Source of the DNA: Octopus bimaculoides
Lineage: Eukaryota
Length of the DNA stretch: 64,000 nucleotides
Assembly (NCBI RefSeq): GCF_001194135.2
Contig: NC_068988.1
Span: 36,315,811-36,379,810 of the forward strand
Direction of reading: 5' to 3'
Shown: piece after piece, positions 11,776 through 23,420 of the stretch
Layout of the letters: every line of letters starts with the position of its first letter
Numbering within the stretch: the first letter of the stretch is position 1
Notes under the pieces: model-generated
What the model was told of the DNA's origin: nothing
The model's database searches: none
The model's input: the letters and a program-made list of their open reading frames with translations, nothing else
Made by a program: the position numbers and the translations under genes

Positions 11776-12400
11776 TAAGAAAGAGGGAATGTCCAGTTAT
11801 AATATACTCTAATCATATAAATAGGTTTTTTTTATATTTTTGTAGAATTTTTACAATGTATATATGTACATATGTACATTTATATGGGCATGTGTGCCTT
11901 TAGGCCGGTATATAAGCATTAATTTACTAGCATAAGTGTAAATATATGTGAGTATTGTGTGTATAAACGGTATATAGCAGGGTATTGGTATGTATGGACG
12001 TTTTCGCACATACATCAAGGTCTGTATGTGTATCTGTATGTATAAATATTGTTGTTTCTATATGTTAGTATATATATATGTATGTTTACGTAAGTATTTA
12101 TTTGTATGTGTTTTTCTATGTACTAAAAGCGTGTGTATATGTATATCTGGCTGAACCGGTATGTATACGCATAAATTTATGTATGTAAGACATAAAAATT
12201 TGATCGTACTTATTCATATATATCTGATGACAACCAATGTTTTTTATTTTTAAAGATATATGTACCACCTGATTTTTTCCATTAATCATTATCTCCCCTA
12301 CATCACATCAAACTCATATACCTCTCTTCAGTTTTCTATGATAGATTTCCCTACAAATATATTGATATAAATAATGATTTTCAATATTAACTAAAAAAAA
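11776..12400 (-). mobile_element. Non-coding PLE-tail-like unit with a decayed hammerhead (12240-12331)
   Basis: Minus strand CTGAAGA-GAGGTATATG...CATATATCTT (10-bp stem II with G:T pairs), GAAAC degraded. The unit ends in ctttcttaatca(TA)n, the same terminus as the 14995-15590 unit. Confidence 0.35.
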
Positions 12401-14339
12401 AAAATATTTTATACTACTTTCTAGATGATTATATACGTTTAGCAGATGATAACGTAAGTAAACTCCCCCTCACCTTCAATTTTAGTTTTTAACCTTTAGT
12501 ATCTACTCCACAACCTTCTTTATAAATTTTCTATACTCTGACTAGGTAATAAATTGCGAAATATACGCATTTTTTCTATGAATATAAGACCTATTATTTA
12601 CAATAAATTATTTTATTAGAAATTTTATGAGCCTGAAATTATTAGTGATTACTATCAAACATTTTTTTCTAATTATTTATTAAGTCGTAATGACAATTGA
12701 CACTTAAATATAAATGTATTTTTTTTTGTATTTGAAAATTCTGTACTTCCTTATTTGGATTTCCTATCCTAACAGTCTCACCAGTTATTTTACTTCCTTT
12801 ACAGAAGTTTGAATAAGCACATATACAGAAGCTCATAGAGAGAATGTCAGCGTTTAATATTTCAATATTATTATATATATGTTAGCACCCAATTTATATT
12901 TCTTAGTATTGTTTAAAATAAACACGAATCCAAGAACAGGAACATATTATAACGTGATTATTAACATTAAACCTATGTACTTCTAACGTTTTTTTTCTTC
13001 AGTTTTTATTCAAGCTACCAACGAGTACTTCGTGACAACTCAGATAATTTATTATGATAATCTCTGTCTTTCTGTATGAAACAAATTGTATAGCAACATG
13101 AGTAATAAAACTATAATCCAATTTAACATCTAATCTCCCCCACTTACATAAATACGAATGAATGAATTTCAGGGACTGTGTTTAATAAGTTAAATCATAT
13201 ACTTAATACACACACACACACACACACACAAAGAAACGGCGAGAGAGGAACGGAGAGAGAAATAGTAGAGCTAGTCCTTCCCTACTCTACATATCTACTA
13301 GTAGAACTATACATTTAATATGTCAGCTGCAGCACGAACACACACATAACCTTTACAGTAAGTAAATATCGTTCGTCACATAAATCTATATGTCACTTCC
13401 TTCTTTAGAATTCAATTATTCTATACATCACTCCATTTTCAATATACTTTGAAGTTGCCACATCTATTTATGTCGAATTTAATCTTGGATGACCTGTATA
13501 GAATTGGCAGTCTAAACTATTTCATTTTGATATTCCATAGTCTGTTTTTGCCTCTTCACCCTAACAATAATTTTAACCCACGGTTCTATACTCCAATGTT
13601 ATTCTTGGTCTCCAGATATTTAGTTTATATACATTTAAATATTTAATTTCTTAACTACCTTCAATATAAATAATTTACACTCTTCATTCGCATATTCAAG
13701 CTTCGCAAGTGTCACAGCTTCACTTAATGGTTAAACTACGTGAAATATCAATCAGCACATAATCATAAAAATATGAAATATTTCATTGTTATTTTTAATA
13801 TATTATATTTATTATATTTGTATATTTACTATATTTTTATATGTTTTATCTGTGTAGGTATAAATATTATTCTTTGGTATTAACACTGCCTCTCCTGCAA
13901 TTAATTTTCAATATGCCCACTTGTTATTCGGGGTACCACTACATCAATAGACACTGACATTCTATTACGGGAGATTAATGGAGGTCGCTGCTATCACTAT
14001 CCACGGGCTGCTGCCATTGAGAAGGCCAAAGAAGATTTAAGTTAAGTGATTTTCAGATTCAGCGTCGATAACGGACGATTATTTCCTGCTAGCCATATAA
14101 ACACGAGTTCTTATAGGCACGTGCGAGAATCTCTGATGATAAATATAGCACTAGCCTATATTCTATCAGAACTCCCACATTTAGGTGATTATACATATTC
14201 TATTTTGATATTAATACTGACTTTTTCGCTATAAATTACAAATCTATTATATATATGTATATATGCCTATAAATGTTACTTCGTGTGATTGTATGCGTAT
14301 ATGAATGTGCAAACACATACGTGGTCAATGCTTCTATGT

Positions 14340-14342
14340 TTG

Positions 14343-14391
<49 letters not shown>

Positions 14392-14427
14392 GTGTGTGCG
14401 TGTGTGTGTATATATATGAGTGTGTGC

Positions 14428-14470
<43 letters not shown>
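14340..14470. repeat. (TA)n-(TG)n-(TA)n microsatellite
   Basis: Directly visible. Confidence 0.95.
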
Positions 14471-14471
<1 letters not shown>

Positions 14472-14980
14472 GCATGTATAGACGTTTATGTATGTACATT
14501 TAAATGTACATATATGTATTCATGTATTTATGTTTGTTTATTTATTTATGTATATCTGTATATGTTAAAGTATGCATGCATATGCATATATATGTAAGCT
14601 TTTATGATTTTGTATAGGTTGTTTTATGTTTATATTTGGATATTGTAAATAAACTTCTTGAAACTCATAAATCTCTGAAGAGGCCTAGAGAATCATACAT
14701 GTACTTCTATTTCATGCATTTCATCTATCAATTACTCCAGCCGACTGGAGTTATATAGATAGAATGAGGCACATCATACTAGGCTGAAACAGCTGTAAGA
14801 CATTGTCCCATCTTCGTTCACTAGATGTTCTTTTTAATTACTGATATGACATAATATGTCACATGTGTTTGTATATTGTTTTTATTGTCCTCTTAGTTGA
14901 AAAATAAACAGGTAAGTTGACATAATACAATGTCTGCAAGTTGATGAATACCACATATTCCCCTCCATTTTCTTATTGCT
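14470..14980 (+). mobile_element. About 0.5-kb non-coding hammerhead-bearing unit flanked by (TA)n (solo pLTR or retrozyme-like)
   Basis: Starts after (TA)n, contains an intact hammerhead core, and ends ...ccattttcttattgc(TA)n; no ORF. Confidence 0.6.
14671..14801 (+). ncRNA. Type I hammerhead ribozyme, intact core, long structured loop II
   Basis: TCT-CTGAAGA(14675-81)-G-GCCTAG...CTAGGC-T-GAAAC(14786-90)-AGCT-GTA-AGA. Stem III is the palindrome ACAGCTGT and the predicted cleavage is after GUA at 14797. Inner hairpin ACTCCAG-ccga-CTGGAGT and ATCTAT/ATAGAT. Confidence 0.8.
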
Positions 14981-14994
14981 ATATATATATATTT

Positions 14995-15590
14995 ATATGA
15001 TTAAGAAAGAGAGAAGCCAATTTCAAAGGTCGGTGTATATATTCATTCAATTCATTTCAAACTATTGAAATTCTCCACAGTAAAACAATATACATAGATG
15101 CGTTCACATATATGAGATATGATAAAAAGTTATAAGAATTTATAAACACATACGAAGATTCATAAATATATAAAAATTTACACACATAAACATTCATAAA
15201 TATAGAAACACTTGAATATAAATACATAGATGTACTTGCTAAGTCCGAATGTTCCTATTAGAATCGCTGAGGATGGTAGATAAGAAAGTTAATATAAAAT
15301 GATTCTTGAGGAATCCTTACGGCTGTTTCGAGAAGATATAGGTTGATATGGGCGAGCTAACTCCATCCATGGCAGTTATCTATACTTCTCGCATCAGAGT
15401 TAAGGGATTCAAAGAGTTAACATTTTAAGAGCTATGAGAGGATTTAGAATTTTTTAAAAACGAATATTTAGTCGAATCATATTCTTCATGCTGATGATGT
15501 AATTAAAATTTTAATTATATGTATATTGTATATTGTATACTGTGGAGAATTTTGATAATTTGAAATGGATTGAATGAATATATACAGTAA
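14995..15590 (-). mobile_element. Second non-coding hammerhead-bearing unit, tail-to-tail with the 14470-14980 unit
   Basis: Contains the minus-strand hammerhead at 15311-15400 and ends in ctctttcttaatca(TA)n at the shared (TA)n tract. Confidence 0.5.
15311..15400 (-). ncRNA. Type I hammerhead ribozyme with a core mutation (CTGATGC)
   Basis: Minus strand: CTGATGC-GAGAAG-TATAG...CTATAT-CTTCTC-GAAAC-AGCC-GTA-AGG. A9 is changed to C and the stem III palindrome is imperfect. Confidence 0.65.
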
Positions 15591-15704
15591 CCTTTGGAGT
15601 TTGTTGCTCCCCTTCTTAATTTTATATTCTTGAAGCTCCAGTGGAACGCTAATTGGTTGGGCTTTATAAAGTGGATAACTATACTTTTTGCTATTATTCT
15701 ATAT

Positions 15705-15812
15705 ATTTATAAACACACACACACACACACACACACAGACACACACACACACATACACACACACACACACACACAAACACATACACACACACACTCACAC
15801 ACACGCACACAT
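15705..15812. repeat. (CA)n microsatellite, imperfect
   Basis: Directly visible. Confidence 0.95.
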
Positions 15813-15869
15813 ATATGGTGCTGGATCAAAAGCCTTGCAATATTTTGGTAAGTTAGTTGCTTTATTCGT

Positions 15870-16600
15870 TGAGTTACAACAAAAGCAGCGAAACATTTCA
15901 AGTTGAGGCCACCGTGTGGCACCTTCTGAATCCCACGCTCAAGCCAGGTCTTGTCTTCCACGGTGAAAACCTCATTCAGTGAAGCTTCCAAATCCTTTCA
16001 GTTGATACATTGTCGCGAGTACAGGAAATGCGCCGTAGACCAAAATAAGTAATAATACGAGGTAGCTAGGTCCGAACTATATGTTGCTGGTAACATCAGT
16101 TCGATTCCCTTAAGTTATTGGAGTTTATTCCGTGTCGTTCGGTCTGTTTGAATTCTTGTGCTGTCATGCTGTCGACGAGCCTATCTTTTGTATTTCTGCC
16201 ACAGACTTGCGTACATCTGCTCAAGTCGTTTGGGGGTACTGATTGGCATAGATGATTTGACCGACTGGAACGAACTTGTGCTGCATTATTACCTCATAAT
16301 CCCAGCAGCGCATGGAATCACCCTGTGTTCGAAACTCCCATATTTGGCGATAGTTTCCGCAAGCTAGTCTTGCATAACCACTACTTATGCACGTTCTCTT
16401 GCGGGAAAATAACACTCTCTGATTATTATTTGTTCCGATTCATGATTAAACCAAGTTAAGGTGGAAGCCTCATGGACGATTTCGTCACCTTCAAGGATAA
16501 GAAGTCAAATCTTGTTTGGCTTGAGGCATAGTCTGCATATTAATAGAGTTAGAAGAGAAGAAATATGGGAGATTTATTTTTGCGCATGTGTCCAATGGAA
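15870..16600 (-). mobile_element. Mariner (DD34D-type) transposase relic
   Basis: Minus strand SYYYLFWSTAHFLYSRQCIN*KDLEASLNEVFTVEDKTWLERGIQKV resembles the mariner C-terminus (DYYLF...HFL...W...GI); a GDE-like motif lies near 16490. Confidence 0.65.
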
Positions 16601-16609
16601 TATGATGAG

Positions 16610-16760
16610 TTTGTTTCAGCTCCATCAACCAAATCTATCTTGAAAGCCTCGGATGGCCCGAGGTTATAGCAAAAAGCATTTGTCAAAGTGCCACGCAGCG
16701 GAACTGAACCCGAAACCTTGTGGTTGAGGTACAGAATTCTTACCTCATAGCCAGGCCCTC
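16610..16760 (-). mobile_element. Octopus-type tRNA-derived (CORE-like) SINE, 5' half
   Basis: ggcccgaggttatagc...gtgccacgcagcggaactgaacccgaaaccttgtggttg...cttacctcatagcc; same family as 21025-21145. Confidence 0.8.
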
Positions 16761-17269
16761 GCCCTCATGAATTTGAATTGGAATTTCGTGAGGGAATTTT
16801 CTTAGCCAAAAATCTATTAACTCTACACCGTACTTGTGTGGGGCAGTAGTATTAAGAGTTACTACATCAAATGAAGTGATTATGCTATTCCAGTTAAGTT
16901 TTTTCGGGAGACGGCTTAAATTTGAAGAACGACTTTAACAATGTGTGAAGGGTTTTGTTATGTCTGTGAGTATCACAAGCTGCTTCAATTGTTCTTACTT
17001 TGAGGACCTTCAAAACTGGCATGTTTCTGCAGATTGAGTGTGATTTTTGCATAACAGCTTTCATTACTTTATTTTTTGTGTACTTTGAAAAGTCCGTAGA
17101 AGAAACAGGTTTTGAATGTAATGTTTGTTAGATAATCTAGATAGTGAATTTTTGCATTAGTTAAGCCATTCCGTGTTGCTCGATGAGAATGTTAATTTTA
17201 AGGAATGTTCTTTGTTTGTTGTTAGTTGTTTACTATTTCATGGCGGATGGTATTTCACACACTTAGACA

Positions 17270-17277
17270 CACACACA

Positions 17278-17362
<85 letters not shown>

Positions 17363-18330
17363 AGAGAGAGAGAGAGAGCTAATGCGGCATTTTTGTATAG
17401 TTCCATATTCATAATGACTACAGCTCTTCACTTATCAAAATCAGTTATAATTATGTTCTATATCTATAGGTACTACAAAATTTCGCTTGTCAGCTTGTTT
17501 TATATCTGTTATAATCGTTTATAATAGCACATATTGGTTTTCATTGTGATGGACTTCCGTTTAAGAAGTTGTCTACTATTTTATTTCCCTCCTTTCGTGG
17601 AGTCTAACTGCTTTTTCTGTTGTATCTGGGGAGCGTCCATTCTCGTTTAGTGCCTTATAATTTAACGTACGCACCGGTAAAATTTCCTCTCATTTCCATC
17701 TTTATTTTTCTAAAATTTTCGTTGCGTCTTGCAATCATTTCAATAGTTGTTTACTCTGTCCATTATTCACACTGCGTTCTTTTTGTTTGTTTGTGCGCAT
17801 GTGTGTGGGTCGGTGTGTGTGCATACACATCTATGTATGTATGCATTATGTGTATGCAGGTATATATGTGTGTGTGCATGCATATGAAGGTATGTGTGTA
17901 CATTTGTATGTATGTATTCTGCATATTCATGTATTTATGTGTCCGTGTTTGTGTGCTTTTATGTATGTGTGCGTGTACTCTTGTCTCCTTGTGTGTGCAT
18001 GTCTGAGTGTATGGTTTTTTAAACTATGTACTGTGTTTGTATGTTTGGATGTGCATCTCCATATGTGTGGACGTGTCTCCATACGCATCCTTGTCTGAAG
18101 TGAAGTGTGTGTGTACATATGGTCATGTGTTTCAGTCTTCATTTGTGTATGTGTGTGTATGTGTGCTTGTCTGTTTATATAACCTATGTGCCTAGATATC
18201 ATATTCCTATACCCACAGTATATACAGGTAGAGTAGAATAGTTAGTGGGCTGTTATGTAGATAGATGTATGTATGTATATGTATATGCACATGTATGTAA
18301 GCATATGGATATGAAAGTAAGCAAATAGGC
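17270..18330. repeat. Microsatellites and a long degenerate TG/TA-rich low-complexity tract
   Basis: (TA)n(TG)n(GA)n at 17280-17380, then about 550 bp of degenerate TGTG/TATG repeats that give the Cys/Val/Met-rich pseudo-ORFs. Confidence 0.85.
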
Positions 18331-18522
18331 ATACAGACGGATAGATACATAGAGAAGTCTCATGACTAGCTGCTAATAAATTTTTCTGCAATATAAGGAT
18401 TTTCTATGCTTTTCACCATTATTATTATACGTTTGGTTGTAAAATATTTCCATATCTGTATATTTCAATACATCTCAACGCTTCTAAAAAAGGGAACTTT
18501 TTTTACATACACGTTCATATAT

Positions 18523-18539
18523 AGATCGGAAGAGCGTCG
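18523..18539 (+). other. Illumina adapter sequence at a contig end (artefact)
   Basis: AGATCGGAAGAGCGTCG immediately followed by an N gap; this is the start of the standard Illumina adapter read-through. Confidence 0.93.
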
Positions 18540-19299
18540 NNNNNNNNNNNNNNNNNNNATATCCCTTACTGGGTTGTACCCCCAACCCCTAACTCTCTCA
18601 CGTTATATACATATATATATATTCGGGCGTGAGTATGTGTCAATTCGACTACGTTTACATGTGTAAATTTATGTTCTATTTCAGCATTTACACAACGCCC
18701 TACCAATAATTTTTCTTCTATACATTTTGAAATATGTTAATTAAAAAGTGCTATTTGAACATTTTTTTTATTCAAATCTGCTTCAATACACTTTCCATAA
18801 TATTTTGCACAGAAAAATAATTTCGAAATTCGAGTAAAAAATGTTTTTCCATATTGGTAAAACAATAGAATATTCTAAAAAAATTATGTTCCTTTTGTAA
18901 TGCTCACTTTTTTCTTTTGCAAAAGTATTTTTGATATACGTGATAGAACATTTTCTATATCGATACTACGTTACATTCCTTTCGAAATAAATAATTGTTT
19001 TACACATATATGTTTGGCTTATTTTTTTATTAATTTACCTGTATCAATTTTTTTCTTTTGGGGGTGGGTTCTTGGTGTTTTTGTTTCCTTATATTCATTT
19101 TGTTATGATTATATACACCATACATCTATTAATCAATGTATATGTTTTCGCTAAACTCAAAGATAAAATAAATGTCAAATGTATGAGGTTATATCAGACA
19201 ACAACAACAACAAAAACAGAGATCTAGTAACCTTAAGGACGGTATTATTACAACTAATATCACTGCCATTACTACCGAGAATAAAAATAACTCTTCTAA

Positions 19300-19505
19300 A
19301 TTTTGATACACGACCAGGACCTTTAGGGGAAAAGGTTAAATGAATATAACTATCAAAGAATTTGACAGCTATTTTATTTCATAGCCCCCGAGTAAATAAA
19401 ATGCATAGTTAACCTCAGATTCAGACGCACGAAGTAGAGGCAGAAGAAATGCTGGTAAGCATCTCGTCCGATTAGTTAACAATTTTGCAAACTTGCAGGC
19501 CTTTA
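19300..19505 (-). mobile_element. Degenerate tRNA-derived SINE (Meta-domain-like family)
   Basis: ...aatgctggtaagcatctcgtccgattagttaacaattttgcaaacttgc is the reverse complement of this family's tRNA-like head. Confidence 0.55.
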
Positions 19506-19659
19506 ATAGTTTCTTATTTAGGTACTAAGCCAGCGAAAGCGAAAGATGGATGTCCATCGATAATATCACCCCCACCCCGGCGATAAGAAGGACATGGAGG
19601 GATTGTAACTCACAGCATAAACGTCCGAATAATTAATGCCGATTCTCTAAAATTAGAGC

Positions 19660-19758
19660 AAATAATAATAATAATGAAAATAATAATAATAATAATAATA
19701 ATAATAATTAATAATTAATAATTACAACAACAACAACAACAAAAACAATAATAACAAC

Positions 19759-19798
<40 letters not shown>

Positions 19799-19800
19799 GT
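19660..19800. repeat. (AAT)n/(AAC)n microsatellite
   Basis: Directly visible; abuts the 5' end of an R4-like RT. Confidence 0.95.
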
Positions 19801-22170
19801 GAAACAAATGAACCAAAATATTATAGACCCATAACCTGCTTAACAAGCAGGTATAAAATACTAATATCTGCCTTGACTGAATACACATAACTTTCGAATA
19901 GAAGGGGTCATGAAAGGATGTAAATATGGGTCCTATGGTTGTAAAGATCAAATACTCATCAATAAAATCATTTTGGCAGATTGTAATAAAAACGAAATAT
20001 CAAAAGCCTGGATAGACTATAAAAAGGTTTTTGATAGTCTACTACATGATTGGATTGAGAAATGTTTGAAAATTTATAAAATAGCATCTACTCTTCGAAA
20101 CGTCTTTTTTGTGAGTATGAGTTAATGGGGAAACTACACTGATTTTGAATAGTGACAATGACTCTTTGAATGCTGGGGATGTAACAGTTTTATGTGTCAT
20201 CTTCCAGGCTGACTATCTATCACCACTGGTCTTTTGTCTCTTTTCTGGATATAAGTGTTATGGTAAAAGAATAAACCATAAAACTGTATGCTGCAAATGA
20301 TAAGAGACTGAAATCCTTACGACAGATAGTATATGAGTTTCGCAACGAAATAAATTAGAAATTAGGTTTAGAAAAATGTGTGGAAGACTCCTTGTAAAGA
20401 GGAAAACTAGTAAAGAATAACAATAAAACACTATTTTTTTTATTTGTTTTAGTCATTTGACTGCAACCATGCTGGAGCACCACCTGTAGTCGAGTATTTA
20501 CACCCCAGGACGTATTCTTTGTAAGCCTAGTACTTATTCTATCTGTCTCTCTAGCCGAACCGCTAGATGACGGGGACGTAAACACACCAGCATCTGTTGT
20601 CAAGCGATGTTGGGGGGACAAACACAGACACACAAATACATACATACATACATACGTACGTACATACGTACATACATACACGCACACATACATTTATATA
20701 TATATATATATATATATANNNNNNNNNNNNNNNNNNNNNNNNNNNNNNNNNNNNNNNNNNNNNNNNNNNNNNNNNNNNNNNNNNNNNNNNNNNNNNNNNN
20801 NNNNNNNNNNNNNNNNNNNNNNNNNNNNNNNNNNNNNNNNNNNNNNNNNNNNNNNNNNNNNNNNNNNNNNNNNNNNNNNNNNNNNNNNNNNNNNNNNNNN
20901 NNNNNNNNNNNNNNNNNNNNNNNNNNNNNNNNNNNNNNNNNNNNNNNNNNNNNNNNNNNNNNNNNNNNNNNNNNNNNNNNNNNNNNNNNNNNNNNNNNNN
21001 NNNATATATATATATATATATAATGGACCTCTTTCAGTTTCCGTCTACCAAATTCATTCTCAAGGCTTTGGTCGGCCCGAGGCTATAGTAGAAGACACTT
21101 GCGCAAGGTACCAGGCAGTGGGACTGAACCTGGAGTCATATAATGTTTGAATACTCTAGCCATCCCTGTTATAATTGGATACAAAATGTCTAGCCACACT
21201 TGACACGAAATCAAGTACAATAAGAGAGGAATTTAAAATACACCTTCAGAAATCTAATCTGAGTTAGAAAGGTTATGTATACACCCTACGAATTGACGGC
21301 AGTAGTTGCCTTATTAAACTAGGAAATTACTATAAAATATCCACCATAAGACTACAAATGTATCAAACAAAGAACCGAGGAAAACTAGTACAAATAGCCA
21401 TAGCAACGAATAAATCCGTCTTTCATCTTCGAGGAAGCGGAAAAATACTAGAACGAGGACACAATGCCTGAGAACTATAAAGGATAAGAAGAAACAGTAA
21501 AAGTCGTAAAGCAACTAAAATACAAGGTAAAACTGGAACTATAAAATTAAATGATACTACGACGGCAAGAAAAGCCCGTGCATGGCAAATACTAGGACAA
21601 GCTAAATAGAAAAAAGTGAAAACCCAACGATGTCTGAGAAAATCGGGATTCAAAACAAAGCCTCCCTACCCAAATACATCATAAAATATAAAATAAGTGA
21701 TTGCAGAATAGGTGGTGATGGGGAAGAAACGAAATATTATATTGTTTCTGACATCCCAGTTACGGATGAGAAAACAAAAATACATCCACAGACATGATAG
21801 GGTTATGGCCGATATGAGCTGGAAATGGAGCAATCATATTCAATGAGAGCAGAGAAAATGACATAAGCATATCCCAGAAAAAGGGCTAAAAAAATGACAA
21901 AACGAGCATACTCTGAGAAATGCCAATACACACAGATAGAGAGATGAAACATGAGACCAGATATTGACGTCAAGGACAACCAAGGAACAAGATTCTATGT
22001 AATCTACATATCATTCACAACAGATATTTCGGTAACAAAAACAGAGGAACTCTTGAAATACAAAAATCTGAAAATAATGATGATTCGAATTTGGAACCTG
22101 AAAACAGAGGTAATCCTAATTGTATTAGGTTCATTAGGTATTAATAAGCAAGGCAACAGCGCCTACGAAT
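19800..22170 (+). mobile_element. Long decayed R4/Dong-like LINE (RT core to RLE), interrupted by a SINE
   Basis: EPKYYRPITCLTSRYKIL; KGCKYGSYGCKDQILINKIIL...KAWIDYKKVFDSLLHDWIEKCL; KLGLEKCV...RGKLVK; after the SINE, HGKY...KYIHRHDRV...EMPIHTDREMKHMRPDIDVKD...KYKNLKI...IWNLKTEVILIVLGSLG. Confidence 0.85.
20432..21145 (-). mobile_element. Full Octopus-type SINE (head, CORE-like region, central microsatellite, tail) spanning an assembly gap
   Basis: 3' half at 20432-20640, (TACA)n/(TA)n plus gap, then the 5' half at 21025-21145 (ttccgtctaccaaattc...ggcccgaggctatagtagaagacacttgcgcaaggtacc...gggactgaacc), all collinear on the minus strand. Confidence 0.8.
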
Positions 22171-22233
<63 letters not shown>

Positions 22234-22639
22234 NNNNNNNNNNNNNNNNNNNNNNNNNNNNNNNNNNNNNNNNNNNNNNNNNNNNNNNNNNNNNNNNNNN
22301 NNNNNNNNNNNNNNNNNNNNNNNNNNNNNNNNNNNNNNNNNNNNNNNNNNNNNNNNNNNNNNNNNNNNNNNNNNNNNNNNNNNNNNNNNNNNNNNNNNNN
22401 NNNNNNNNNNNNNNNNNNNNNNNNNNNNNNNNNNNNNNNNNNNNNNNNNNNNNNNNNNNNNNNNNNNNNNNNNNNNNNNNNNNNNNNNNNNNNNNNNNNN
22501 NNNNNNNNNNNNNNNNNNNNNNNNNNNNNNNNNNNNNNNNNNNNNNNNNNNNNNNNNNNNNNNNNNNNNNNNNNNNNNNNNNNNNNNNNNNNNNNNNNNN
22601 NNNNNNNNTATATATATATATATATATATATATATGACA

Positions 22640-22900
22640 TACATGAAATAGCACTATGAACCACTGAAGGAAGAAGTTGGAAACTTGTAGTGGATGAAGA
22701 AGGTTTAAGCGATTCCCGTGGTGATTGGAGCATTGTGATGCACATCGAACCGTTTAGAGGACTGTGTAAATAAAATCGTAATTGATGCATGGTTACAGGA
22801 CATGCAGAAAACAACACCTCACAGAACAGCCAGGGTTTTAAAGAAAATCTTGTCAATGTTTAATATCCAAGTGTCTGAAATTTGCAAAAGTGAAACAATA
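22640..22900 (+). mobile_element. R4/Dong-like LINE 3' end (different subfamily)
   Basis: YEPLKEEVGNL*WMKKV*AIPVVIGAL...DMQKTTPHRTARVLKKILSMF. Confidence 0.75.
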
Positions 22901-23169
22901 ATATTATTGCTTTCCTAAACTAGACGAGAGAAAACCTAAGACACATGGACTCTAAATCCAGAAAGACAATCTCTATGTATAAATCGTTATATCTTAGAAA
23001 GTCGATTCGTAGCCTATAACTATTGTGGAGAGAATAATATTACGTAGTAAAGGTAGAACGCGGTATAGAAGAATATGTGAGAATCTGATTGTAACTACCT
23101 GAGAAAAGAAAGAAAGAAGCAGTCCATAGTGAAATAATATAAGAGAGAAAAGAAAGCACGACCCAGAAA

Positions 23170-23420
23170 TAAACTGGAGAAAGAGATGCATGGTCAACAT
23201 CTAAGACAAACTGAGTGTGGAACTTGGTTATGGTTAAAGAAGGGAGAGCTCAGAAATTAAGGGAAGGACGTATTATTGCTGATTAAATTTAATAATTACG
23301 AACGAATATCATTATATAGAAATACACAGAACTGCGGAAGGTGATAAATGCAGAATATGTAACTAGAAAGAGGTGTCAGTTGTGCAGAAAAGTTCATGTA
23401 GTCCTTCAGTATGTAAATCG
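23170..23420 (+). mobile_element. R4/Dong-like LINE fragment (pre-knuckle region)
   Basis: NKLEKEMHGQHLRQTECGTWLWLKKGELR...RTNII...TAEGDKCRIC. Confidence 0.7.

Noticed and set aside
14236-18202. Many Cys/Val/Tyr/Ile/His/Thr-rich ORFs (also at 20.6, 22.1, 33.6, 47.9, 54.4 and 58.4 kb)
   Set aside because: Translations of dinucleotide repeats or of N gaps; no coding signal.
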